A DNA stretch of 64,000 nucleotides from Eledone cirrhosa (lineage: Eukaryota), in the NCBI GenBank assembly GCA_964016885.1, contig OZ024765.1:22630001-22694000 (forward strand), given 5' to 3'. This document shows positions 12,691 to 25,282 of this stretch, piece by piece. Within the stretch, counting starts at the first letter, position 1. Each line of letters begins with the position of its first letter. The notes under the pieces are model-generated. The model was not told the origin of the DNA, searched no databases, and was given only the letters and a program-made list of their open reading frames with translations. Made by a program: the position numbers and the translations under genes.

Positions 12691-13180
12691 AAATGAGGTT
12701 GGCATTAGGAAGGGCATCCAGCTGTAGAACTCAAGACAAAATCAGTTCTGTATGAGCAAGACATGGTCACCTGACCTAGCATTTCTCACAACAGGATAAC
12801 TCGTCTAACCCATGGAGATTTGACATTAAACAGTGTTGATGATGATATATATATATATAATTAGAATTTGATATTTTTAATTTTCGGCAAGGCGAGCCGT
12901 AAAATTGCTCGGTATGAAAATGAGGCTATTCAGTCGATCTATACTTTAGCAAATACTATATATTTTCAACAGTTCACTTGAGTAGCATAGAGGTGCTGAT
13001 GAAGGGTAATGACCCAGAAACATGTTGATTGTTCCTTGGTGCTACTGTTGAATGGATGGTTGGCGATAGCCATCAGGGCACAGCATAGCTTTGTAAGGTT
13101 CTTTGCTTGCAAACAAATCGAATATTATTATTATTATTCAATATAACCTATACTTACATATATATATATGTATATATATG

Positions 13181-13254
<74 letters not shown>

Positions 13255-13509
13255 AATAAATGTATTCTCTTTTCTCCTAGTTTATTTTACACCTAATTCT
13301 GTATATCTGGGCGATTACGCTGTCGAAATATTTGATAAATATTCCGTTGCAGCCAGCGCGAAGGGCTGGTTTCGGTTATTTGTTGGAGATTTCTTCATAG
13401 AAGCCTTATTCTTATAGCCTGGTCTATTCGATTTTTTATATGGTTAATTATGCTAATTGGGAGAGGAAATGGTATATATTTTATCTGGTGATTCTATAGA
13501 CATGTTTTA

Positions 13510-13579
<70 letters not shown>

Positions 13580-13816
13580 GAAAGGTATAGAAAGTATTTT
13601 AGCAAGAAGCCAACAGTATTCCATAATATATAAGTGACTATAGCGTCAAAATGGGAAAATAGTTAACATAAGATGTGGGAAAAATAATTCAAACTCAATT
13701 CAAAAAGAATCAGGATATAGATTTATCCAACAGAAATTAGTGAAATCCAGGTAAAAATCAATAGAGCCTTAACTCATGATAAAATAAAGTTTTAAATACT
13801 CATATATATATAGAGA

Positions 13817-13974
13817 GAATTCACAAGAATCAAAGCTATGTTCAAAGCATTTATTCACTTACAATTGTTTCATCCAAACCTAGGCTTGGAGTCTTCGGAG
13901 CATTTTTCAATTATGTGTACAAACATTGTAAGTGAATAAATGCTTTGAACATAGCTTTGATTCTTGTGAATTCT
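13817..13974. repeat. Fold-back with a degenerate minus-strand hammerhead
   Basis: About 49-bp perfect inverted arms; minus strand CCGAAGA-CTCCAAG/TTTGGAT-GAAACAATTGTA. Confidence 0.55.
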
Positions 13975-14200
13975 ATATAACTGCTCTGTAGAACAACTGA
14001 TGTTATTACATTGAGCTATTTATCTTACTGGTAATAAGGTAGTAATAAATTACTGACCTTCACTGTTTAGGGTTTAAAATATACATAACTATAAAAAGTT
14101 TTAGTATATACATAACCATAAATAGTATCCTTAATATTATATATATATATATATACACACATACATACTTATATACACACGCACACACATACTTATATAT

Positions 14201-14269
<69 letters not shown>

Positions 14270-14270
<1 letters not shown>

Positions 14271-15046
14271 GAGGGCAATCCCAAAAGTAAGGTCTCCTTC
14301 CGATATTGCAACTTTTCCATTAAAATCCTGTGGATGGGGCTTCGGGAAACCTCAGGAACCAAAATGCAGAGAGCATCCAGAGTGATCCGCCGATCTTTAC
14401 ACATGTTTTCCTTGGAAGGAGACCTTACTTTTTGTATTGCCCTCGTATATAATAACTGTGCGAATTTCGCACTTGGTTGCGGTAGCGTTCAACGGGAGCT
14501 CCATTCTCAATGGCTGCCAAGCCAAGATGGAGCATCCCAGCGAAGCGCGCACATGCTTGTTGGGGAGTGAAGGAAGCACCAATCGCAACAGTGTTGCCAA
14601 CAGCCGTACGAACAGTTTCTCTGCGTCCCCATCGCTTTGGAGACCTTACTTTTGGGATTACCCTCGTATATATAGGATTGAGGGAAGACTTACTGATTCA
14701 CGGTTATACACACACACATACACACATATATATATATACACATACATATATATATACATAAATCTATATGCATATACACATATATATGCACACTCACACA
14801 CATATACATACACATATATATATATATATACACATACATATATATATACATAAATATATATGCATATACACATATATACATACACATATATATGCACACT
14901 CACACACACACATATACATACACATATATATATGCACACACACACACATATATATACACATATATATATGCACACACAAACAGCCGTACGAACAGTTTCT
15001 CTGCGTCCCCATCGCTTTGGAGACCTTACTTTTGGGATTACCCTCG
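14270..15046 (-). mobile_element. Rearranged mariner relic with four TIR copies
   Basis: TIR CGAGGGYAATCCCAAAAGTAAGGTCTCC at 14270(+), 14445(-), 14666(-), 15046(-); transposase N-terminal pieces MELPLNATATKCEIRTVI and DRRITLD..VSRS.IH.IL.EKLQYRK. Confidence 0.75.
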
Positions 15047-15075
15047 TACATATATACATATATATACATATATAC

Positions 15076-15151
<76 letters not shown>

Positions 15152-16077
15152 TCATCATCATCATCATCGTTTAACGTCCATTTTCCACGCTAGCATGGGT
15201 CTATATGTACACATTCAAAACTTGGTAGCCAGGTAGATAGATAAATGGATGTAGAGATAGAAAGACATTTAGACAGTGATAGATGGAGAGACAGACAGAC
15301 AGATCAATAAGTTATCAGTAAGATTTATAGGAAGTTGATTTTGCAGTTGAAAGCCAATAAAAACTTATAATTACTTTCATCTTCACATTTAAATTATACA
15401 TGTTCAAGGGCCTTTGCCTTCCATACTTGTTCCAGAGTAGATCAAAACAAGAATCACCTTTACATTAATTCAATAGATAATCAATAACCACCCTTCAACC
15501 AGGTCTGATTGGTTTGTCTGTTTAATCAAATGAAATCAATATAAAAAAAGCCCCCCAAAAAACAAAATCAACGAGGAATCAAATCAATAAATTTTATTGA
15601 GATCAATGTTTGTTGTGTGATTTTGAGACTTTGGGGCCTTGAACTGGTGATTAAGTAGTTCAATACCTGAGGGAAATCAACAATATATCTATCTTTATAG
15701 CTTTTGTAGCAGTGTGTGTGTCTATATATATATATGTGTGTGTGTGTGTGTATATATATATATCATTTTCATCATTTTCATTTTATGTCCGCTTTTCCCT
15801 GCTTGCAAGGGTGGGACAGGAACTGATTCTGGTTTGATTTCTACAGCTGGATGCCCTTCCTAACACCAACCTCATTTACAGTGAGTGCTGGGTGCTTTTT
15901 TTTTGCCGTGGCACCCCCACGACCACTTTGCAGTGGAATGATATGGACCCCAGTCCCTATCATCTCATTTCTACAGCTGAGTAAACTGGAGCAATGTGAA
16001 ATAAAGTGTCTTGCTCAAGGAAACAACACATCACATATATATATATACGTGAAGGCACATGGCTTAGTGGTTAGAGC

Positions 16078-16118
<41 letters not shown>

Positions 16119-16154
16119 GGTTTGTATGTATGGATAGAAGTTTGTATATATGTA

Positions 16155-16620
16155 TGTGAAAGTGTATGCCACATGTGTACTGTCAGCTTTGCTGTATACA
16201 TGTGAGACATGGGATGTCTACAAATGGCATATCCACAGACTGGAACGGTTTCACCAGCAGTGTCTCGGAAAGATGCTCAGTATCAAGTGGCAGATGCATG
16301 TGAGTGATGTTGAGGTCCTTGAGAGAAGTGAGTGTCGGAGCATTGAGAGTATCATCCACCAACGGCGTTTGCGATGGACCGGACACCTCTGCAGAATGGA
16401 GGATGATCAAATCCTGAAACAACTTTTGTATGGTGAGGTGAGCTTTGTGAAGGTAAGGGACCAACTCACAAGCCAAAGCTCTGACTCAAGGATTGTGTAA
16501 AGGACTCGTTGAAAAAAATGGTTTGATGATGGCTGACTGGGAGATAGAAACTCTTGAAAGAGAAACTTGGTGTGGAATGGTGAATGATGGGGTCCATAAT
16601 TTTGAGGACAGACGCATAGA
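16155..16620 (+). mobile_element. RTE-clade LINE fragment
   Basis: LLYTCETW, LERFHQQCL, RLRWTGHLCRM, KQLLYGE. Confidence 0.88.
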
Positions 16621-17712
16621 GTACTTCTTCCATTTCAGTATCCCGGAAGAGTCCATGTATGATGAAGGGGTGTGAAGCCTGCTCTTGGTGGTTCACTTCC
16701 CGTCTACAATCACAGCTGAGGAATTCTGGGAAGTTTATCAAACCCTCCATCACATATCAAACATTGTCACATGACTATTTACACCAATCACGCTGCTCCT
16801 TTTATTCAAACTCAGTTATTATTTTTTTCCTCACTCACACTCACAGACATCACTCACAGACATCACTCACAGATATACTCACACACAGAGACACTCACAC
16901 ATATACACACACATACAGAGGCAGTCACACATATACTCACATACAGAGGCAGTCACACATATACACACACATACAGAGGCAGTCACACATATACTCACAT
17001 ACAGAGGCAGTCACACATATACTCACACATACCAGCCACACTCACAGGCATCACTCACAGATACACACACTCATACAGAAACAAGTACACACACACACAC
17101 ACAGAGATACACACACATACTAACTACACACACACACACACATATCCACACGCAGAGACACACAAACACACTCACACACACATACACATACACAGACACA
17201 CACACACACACACAGACACACAAACACACACACAGAGACACACAAACACACACACTCAGACACACAAACACACACACTCAGACACACAAACATACACACA
17301 CACTCACACAGACATACACACACACACAGAGACACACAAACACACAAACACACACAGACATACACAGACATACACACACACACACACACACAAACGCACT
17401 CACACAGAGACACACAAACGCACTCACACACATACACACATACACACAGAGACATACACACAAACACACACACCCAGACATACACACACACACTCAGACA
17501 CACAAACATACACACACACTCACACAGACATACACACACACACACACACAGAGACACACAAACACACACTCAGACACACAAACATACACACACACTCACA
17601 CAGACACAAACACACTCACACAAACACACTCACACAAACACACACACACATCATCATCACCACCATCATCATCATCGTTCAGTCAAACAGTCGTTATTTT
17701 TCTTTCTTCTAG

Positions 17713-17775
17713 TGAAATATCGAAAGCGTGAGAAAAGACGCCTGAGTCGTCGGATGATGAAGGAGGCCTTAGAAG
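17713..17775 (+). CDS. Host gene juxtamembrane exon, variant A (VKYRKREKRRLSRRMMKEALE)
   Basis: ttttctttcttctAG acceptor, AAG|GTGTGT donor; 63 nt, phase 1-1; basic stop-transfer sequence in frame with the TM exon. Confidence 0.72.
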
Positions 17776-17857
17776 GTGTGTAGCAACTCCCGGGTTTCGA
17801 ACTCGGCGGACATCTTGTGTAATGTTCATTGTTTTTCTCTTTTGCAATATTTTGCAG

Positions 17858-17926
17858 TAAAATACAGGGAACACAAACGGAAAATACAGGAGCGAGTCGT
17901 TGAACGAATGATGAGACGAACTCAAG
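17858..17926 (+). CDS. Host gene juxtamembrane exon, variant B (VKYREHKRKIQERVVERMMRRTQ)
   Basis: ttttgcAG acceptor, AAG|GTCAGT donor; 69 nt, phase 1-1; paralogous to variant A (VKYR...RMM). Confidence 0.8.
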
Positions 17927-18439
17927 GTCAGTTAGTTAGTTGGTTAATGAGTGAATGCCTTCTACTCCTCATCAGCAGCAGCCAGCCAGCCAATTTGTTT
18001 TTTTTTTTGTTTTTTTTTTGCTTGACAACAGCTAATTTTTTTTAATTTACAAACATTTTTTCTAATTTCTTTTTTTTTTTTTTATTTGTTTTGAATTTAA
18101 AAAAAATTTTTTTGAATTTAAAAAAAAATTTTTTTAATTAAATAATTTTTTTTTTTTAATTTAAAAGAAAATTTTTTTGAATTTAAAAAAAATTTTTTTT
18201 AATTAAATAATTTTTATTTTAATTTAAAAGAAAATTTTTTTTAATTTAAAAAAAATTTTTTTTAAATAATTTTTTTTTTTAAAAGAAAAATTTTTGAATT
18301 TAAAAAAAATTTTTTTTGAATTTTTATTTTTATCTTTTCTTCTTGCCTTGCTTTAAAGCATGCAAATAACTGGACTTCGTTTCTATCATTGCCTTGTGCA
18401 TGGCTTTTAATTATTATCATTATCATTATTGTTATTATA

Positions 18440-19595
18440 AGGGCGGTGGATTGGCAGTATCGGTGGAGGGTCGGACACCATGCTTTGACGCATAGAGTTA
18501 CGGCCCTTGCCATTCTGTGTTCAAATCCCGCCGAGGTTAACTTTGCCTTTCATCCTTACGGGGTCGATAAAATAAAGTACCAGTAATACACTGGGGTAAT
18601 TGCTGGCCTTGTGCCAAATAGTAGAAACAATTATTATTGTTATTATTATTGTTGTTGTTTCTTTCAGCATGTTTGTCAACTTTTGTAAATATTATTTTCA
18701 TTTATTACTATTATTATTATTATCAGTATCGGTAGAGGGTCGGACGCCATGCTTTGCAGCATGGAGTTACGGCCCTTTACGTTCTGAGTTCAAATCCCAC
18801 CAAGGTTAACTTTGCCTTTCATTCCTTACGGGGTCGATAAAATAAAGTACCAGTAATACACTGGGTTAATTGCTGGCCTTGTGCCAAAAAATAGAAACAA
18901 TTATTATTATTAAGAGCGGTGGATTGACAGCAGAATCGGTAGAGCGTCAGTCAAAATGCTTTGCAGCATAGAGTTATGGCCTTTTACGTTCTGAGTTCAA
19001 ATCCCGCTGAGGTTAGCTTTGCCTTTCATCCTTCTGGGATCGATAGAATAAAGTACCAGTAATGTACTGGAGTCGGTTTAATCGACTTTCCTCCTCCCCC
19101 TCCCTGAATTGCTGGCCTTGTGCCTATATCGGAACCCATTATTGTTATTATTATTATTATCATTGTCCTTATTATTATTATTATCATGTCGGCCCTTGTG
19201 GCCAATAAATGAAATCATTATTATTATTATTATTAGAGAGTCGGACGCCATGCTTTCCAGCATAGAGTTACGTCCCTTTACGATCTGAGTTCAAATCCCG
19301 CCGAGGTTGACTTTGCCTTTCATCCTTACGGGGTCGAAAAAATAAAGTACCAGTAATGCACTGGGCAATTGCTGGCCTTGTGCCTAAAGTAGAAACAATT
19401 ATTATTATTATTAGAGGGTCGGACACCATGCTTTCCAGCATAGAGTTACGTCCCTTAACGATCTGAGTTCAAATCCCTCCGAGGTTAACTTTGCCTTTCA
19501 TCCTTAGAGGGTCGATAAAATAAAGTACCAGTAATGTACTGGGTATTTGCTAGCCTTGTGCCAAAAGTAGAAACAATTATTATTATTATTATTAT
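18440..19595 (+). mobile_element. Head-to-tail cluster of about six SINE B copies
   Basis: Repeated body separated by (ATT)n tails; similar clusters at 20240-20930 and 39020-39690. Confidence 0.85.
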
Positions 19596-21589
19596 AAAGC
19601 ATTGTGGGATATGTAATAAAAGAAAGCCATTATAAATCGGTAGAGATATATAAAGGATGACAAGTAATATTTTTACCCAATATATTTCAACATGATATTT
19701 CAGGGTAAACTCCCTCTTTTCAAATGTGAAAAAGAAATTGCGCAAAACAAAAACAAATGATCAATGTCTCAGAAATCTAGATCAGTTTAGGAAAAACACA
19801 TCAATTGTTTGCTTTTCACGTGTAAGGAATGATTATTTTTGCTTACACACACACAAATACACACTCTCTCTCTCTCACACACGTTTACACATACCATATA
19901 CATACACACACACACACACACCAAACGATGTTTCCTCGGGTGGACCAGCAGTATCGTTGGTAGGGGTCGAAACTTCCCAAGTTCATCTCAACGGCCGATG
20001 CCCAAGGAGTTCTCTGTCTTTCATTTGTATATTTGATTTTTTTAAATAATGTTTTAAGGTTTCCCTTTAACACACACACAGACATTGCCAAAACAAAAAC
20101 AAATGATCAATGTCTCAGACATCTAGATCAGTTTAGGAAAAACCCATCAATTGTTTGCTTTTGTTTTGAACAGTTTCTGCTTTTTATTTGAAAAGAGGGT
20201 GCTTTCCCTGAAATATTATGTTAAAATATACTTATTTAATCAACTTCCTCTCTCCCAAAATTGCTGGCCTTGTGCCTGAATCAGAAAGCATTATTATTAT
20301 ATTATATTAGAAGGGTGGTAGATTGGCAGAATTGGTAGAGGGTCGGACGCAATGCTTTGCAGTATAGAGTTACGGCTCTTTATGATCTGAGTTCAAATCC
20401 CACCGAGCTTAACTTTGCCTTTCATCCTTATGGGGTCGATAAAATAAAGTACCTGTCATGCACTGGGGTTGATTTAATCGACTTTCCCTCCACCGATATT
20501 GCTGGTCTTCTACCTATATAAGAAACCATTATTATTATTATTAAGGGTTCGGACGCCATGCTTTCCAGCATAGTTACGTCCCTTTACGATCTGAGTTCAA
20601 ATCCCGCCGAGGTTGACTTTGCCTTTCATCCTTACGGGGGTCGATAAAATAAAGTACCAGTAATACACTGGGTAATTGCTGGCCTTGTGCCTAAAGTAGA
20701 AACAATTATTATTATTAAGGGTGGTAGATTGGCAGTATCAGTAGAGGGTCAGACACCATGCTTTGCAGCATAGAGTTACGACCCCCTTATGTTCTGAGTT
20801 CAAATCCCGCCAAGGTTAACTTTGCCTTTCATCTTTACGGGCTCGATAAAATAAAGTACCAGTAAAATACTGATTTAATTGCTGGCCTTGTGCCAAAAGT
20901 AGACACATTATTATTATCATTATTATTATCATAAGCTCTATATATATCGAGCTACCCCTCTCTATGCAAATGAGTTTCATCAATCAGCTCATAAACAGAA
21001 ATCCATAAGAATCTAGCTTCTTTTATCTTCAGCAAAGGCAGGGAGATGTGTAGTCTTGACAACCACTTATAAGTGAGAACCGGTGGCATTGTTGATTACT
21101 TCCCCCTGCTTTTGCTGAAGCTAGGTATGTGACGATCGTCACAGCGAGGTCAACTTTGCCTTTCATCCTTTCGAGGTTGATAAAGATAAGTACCAGTTTA
21201 GTACTGGGGTCGATTCTTCCTCTATATCTCTTTCTTAGTTCCTCTCTCTCACTTTCTATCTTTCTCTGGGAGAAATCTGCTGTACTCAGGCCTGGGGAGG
21301 GATGGGCTTCGCCAGGTTTAAAATGCCCAAGAATTCATATATTATTAAATATACAATACATACATTCATATATTGCTATGTGGTGGTGGAAAGTCAGTAG
21401 TTTTTCTAGGTTGTCTCCCTTGATTTAAATTAACAAAAACAATTAGTCGTTTAGTTTACATATTGAGACACCAATGGATGTGAGTTCAGTTCATGTCCCA
21501 TGTTTGTCAATACTCATCCTTTTTTCCATTCAGAGGATTTTTTTTTAAATCGCAACTAACAGACTAATTCTAATATATATGGCTCTGAA

Positions 21590-21915
21590 CATTAATCAGT
21601 ATACACTGAGGATGAAAAACTCAGAGCTGTATGGGAGCATCCCAAAAGTCAGCTCAAAAGTGACACAGAGGAGACTGAGGTTAGCTGGACATGCTCACCG
21701 ACATCCAGAGTTGACATTGCACTCAGTACTCCTTTGGGAGCCCCTACATGGACACACTAGAAGAGGAAGACCAAGGTTAACGTATGTTGAGGCCCTAAGG
21801 ACAGACACTGGTCTGTTGGAGACGCAGGACATGGCAGCGATAATGAGGGACAGAGACCGCTGGAGAGAACTCGTCCATGGATCTCGGGAATTTTACCCGC
21901 CTTAGATAGATAGAT
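21590..21915 (+). mobile_element. RTE-like LINE 3' fragment
   Basis: RRLRLAGH..RH, LLWEP.HG..RGRP, DRDRWR. Confidence 0.85.
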
Positions 21916-21977
21916 ATATATATCAAGATAAGCAGAACAAGTAAAATTCAACCAATTTTTCAAAATAAATCAAAATA

Positions 21978-22010
<33 letters not shown>

Positions 22011-22016
<6 letters not shown>

Positions 22017-22090
22017 GCAAAGGTGTTGCTCTGAGGATCGCCAACAGCGTGAAACAGATTCTGTCAGCTTCTCTCCCTTCTTTTGCCGAA
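22011..22090 (+). ncRNA. Type-I hammerhead ribozyme
   Basis: GCT-CTGAGGA-TCGC/CAACA/GCGT-GAAACAG-ATT-CTGTC-AGC; GUC site at 22063-22065; inverted degenerate copy at 22771-22842. Confidence 0.75.
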
Positions 22091-22199
22091 AAAAGAAGTA
22101 AGTGACATAGTCACTACTTTAAAAATGATAGCGCAATGTCTTCAAAATGTTTTTAATTAAACATACGGTATATTGCCAAATATACTATACATACATTCA

Positions 22200-22232
<33 letters not shown>

Positions 22233-22253
22233 TTATATATATGTGTGTATATA

Positions 22254-22288
<35 letters not shown>

Positions 22289-22422
22289 CATGTATCGATG
22301 TATGGATATATATATATATATATATTAAAGTGTTAAACAAGATTCAATGAGTATGTCAAAGAAAGAGTTTTACAGTAGATTGGAAGCACTCTACAGTAAA
22401 AAAAATATTTTCGGGAGTTATT

Positions 22423-22746
22423 AATATTAAAATACAAATATTAATAAAATAGATGTTCTTTTGATCAATTACATTTTATTATACATATTTCGGATGTACA
22501 TCAGTACGTCCTCATCAGACAAAATATAATGATACATGACGTACCCTGAGATGTTAAATAGTTAAGATTTAATCAAGGTAGACTCAAACTACCTTGATTA
22601 AATCTTAACCATTTAACATCTCAGGGTATGTCATGTATCATTATATTTTGTCTGATGAGGACGTACCGTTGTACATCCGAAATATGTATAATAAAATGTA
22701 ATTGATCAAAAGAACATCTATTTTATTAATATTTGTATTTTAATAT
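22423..22746. mobile_element. Near-perfect fold-back element (about 158-bp arms, 7-nt loop) with a hammerhead in each arm
   Basis: Plus copy CTGATGA(22652)-GGACGTAC/GTACATCC-GAAATATGTA; minus copy at 22488-22518. Confidence 0.8.
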
Positions 22747-22897
22747 ATATATATATATGAATGTATAAAAGAAGGGAGAGAAGCTAACAGAATCTGTTTC
22801 ACGCTGTTGGTGACCCTCAGAGCAACACCTTTGCCGAAAATTATATATATATATATATATATATTAGGTAGTAACATGTGTTTACACTGTATGTCTG

Positions 22898-22961
<64 letters not shown>

Positions 22962-23026
22962 CGCTCATGTATTTATATGTTTGAATGGCTATATATCATT
23001 TATCTCTCCCATTCTCCACACTGCAG

Positions 23027-23095
23027 CTGATACGGAAAGCAACAGTCAAACCATATCACCAGACACCAGTAAAGATCTTAATAAATCGGAATCAG
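23027..23095 (+). CDS. Host gene cytoplasmic exon (ADTESNSQTISPDTSKDLNKSES)
   Basis: ctgcAG acceptor after a pyrimidine tract, CAG|GTATGT donor; 69 nt, phase 1-1; unique sequence among repeats. Confidence 0.8.
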
Positions 23096-23150
23096 GTATG
23101 TAACTACTAAAGAAATCTGTATGAGCTTCCTGGGTTTATTTTCCGTCACG

Positions 23151-24836
23151 TTAACCCTTTAGCATTTAAACTGGCTGTATCTGGCCAGTTTTCTCTCACC
23201 TCTTTCTGTTCAAACTGTCCGTAACTGGCCATTCATACATATGTTAAGGTATTGTTCTCAAAATAAATAATATCAAAATTTCATAGATTCAATGTTATGT
23301 GAGATATTATGTGAGGTAAAGACTTTACTGTGAAAATATAATAGTATATATAGAGTAATGTAAATGGTATGTGAGATATTATGTGAGGTAAAGACTTTAC
23401 TGTGAAAATATAATAGTATATATAGAGTAATGTAAATGGTATGTGAGATATTATGTGAGGTAAAGACTTTACTGTGAAAATACAATAGTATATATAGAGT
23501 AATTTAAATGTTATGTGAGGTAAAGCCTTTACTGTGAAAATACAACAGTATATATAGAGTAATGTAAATGTTATGTGAGATATTTTGTGAGGTAAAGGCT
23601 TTACTGTGAAAATACAATAGTATATATAGAGTAATGTAAATGTTATGTGAGATATTATGTGAGGTAAAGACTTTACTGTGAAAATACAATAGTATATATA
23701 GAGTAATGTAAATGTTATGTGAGATATTATGTGAGGTAAAGACTTTACTGTGAAAATACAATAGTATATATAGAGTAATGTAAATGTTATGTGAGATATT
23801 ATGTGAGGTAAAGACTTTACTGTGAAAATACAATAGTATATATAAAGTAATGTAAATGTTATGTGAGGTATTATGTGAGGTAAAGCCTTTACTGTGAAAA
23901 TACAATAGTATATATAGAGTAATGTAAATATTATGTGAGGTATTATGTGAGGTAAAGCCTTTACTGTGAAAATACAATAGTATATATAGAGTAATGTAAA
24001 TAGTATGTAAGATATTATGTGAGGTAAAGCCTTTACTGTGAAAATACAATAGTATATATAGAGTAATGTAAATGGTATATGAGGTATTATGTGAGGTAAA
24101 GACTTTACTGTGAAAATACAATAGTATATATAGAGTAATGTAAATATTATGTGGGATATTATGTGAAGTAAAGACTTTACTGTGAAAATACAATAGTATA
24201 TATAGAGTAATGTAAATGTTATGTGAGGTAAAGCCTTTACTGTGAAAATACAATAGTATATATAGAGTAATGTAAATGTTATGTGAGATATTATGTGAGG
24301 TAAGGCCTTTACTGTGAAAATACAATAGTAAATATAGAGTAATGTAAATGTTGTGTGAGATATTATGTGAGGTAAAGACTTTACTGTGAAAATACAATAG
24401 TATATATAGAGTAATGTAAATGTTATGTGAGATATTATGTGAGGTAAAGTCTTTACTGTGAAAATACAATAGTATATATAGAGTAATGTAAATGTTGTGA
24501 GATATTATGTGAGGTAAAGCCTTTACTGTGATAATACAATAGTATATATAGAGTAATGTAAATGTTATGTGAGATATTATGTGAGGTAAGGCCTTTACTG
24601 TGAAAATACAATAGTAAATATAGAGTAATGTAAATGTTGTGTGAGATATTATGTGAGGTAAAGACTTTACTGTGAAAATACAATAGTATATATAGAGTAA
24701 TGTAAATGTTATGTGAGATATTATGTGAGGTAAAGTCTTTACTGTGAAAATACAATAGTATATATAGAGTAATGTAAATGTTGTGAGATATTATGTGAGG
24801 TAAAGCCTTTACTGTGATAATACAATAGTATATATT
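23151..24836. repeat. piggyBac-type MITE left end expanded into a 72-bp tandem array (about 21 units)
   Basis: TTAACCCTTTAGCATTTAAA start as at 6431; unit equals the MITE internal repeat; right TIR absent. Confidence 0.85.
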
Positions 24837-24859
24837 GTATATATGCAGTACATGTGCTG

Positions 24860-25282
24860 GGGCTTAAGAAGTCCTGCAATTGCAGAGACCCATCACCATG
24901 CCCCCTTAGTAATGAATGCATGACGAAAAACGTAGTCTACAGGTGCAAGGTCACAACCCCTAACTTGGAGCACCACTACATAGGATCCACAGCGACGAGT
25001 TTCAAAGATAGGTGGTATAGCCATTGCCATTCCTTTAACAGAATAGAAAAGAGGAAATGTACGGCCCTTTCTGAATTGATCTGGAAGCTCAAACTTGAAA
25101 AGACCCTGCACTCTCTGGTCTGGTCCATGGTTAGAAAGGTTCCCCCAGACAGAGGCGGGTCTGGTATTTGCAACCTCTGTCTTAGTGAGACACTCGAGAT
25201 ACATCATGGCGGAACCAAGCTATTAAGCAGAAGGACCTGCAGACACCTAAGGATGGGAACTTTCCTCAAGCTATATGGATAG
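24860..25282 (+). mobile_element. Penelope-like GIY-YIG endonuclease fragment (second family)
   Basis: CNCR..CPL..C..NVVY...YIGST..FKDRW..H..SF...LSELIW.LK...CNLCL.E. Confidence 0.8.

Noticed and set aside
11342-12727. Cys/His-rich 16-aa repeat proteins on both strands
   Set aside because: Translation of a 48-bp SINE-derived satellite.
19921-20005. Possible hammerhead (GTCGAAACTT-CCC-AAGTT) within a locally duplicated and inverted segment (19689-20225)
   Set aside because: No CUGANGA at the required position; may be a decayed PLE terminus but cannot be supported.
23504-24755. 321-aa 24-residue repeat ORF
   Set aside because: Translation of the 72-bp MITE-derived array.
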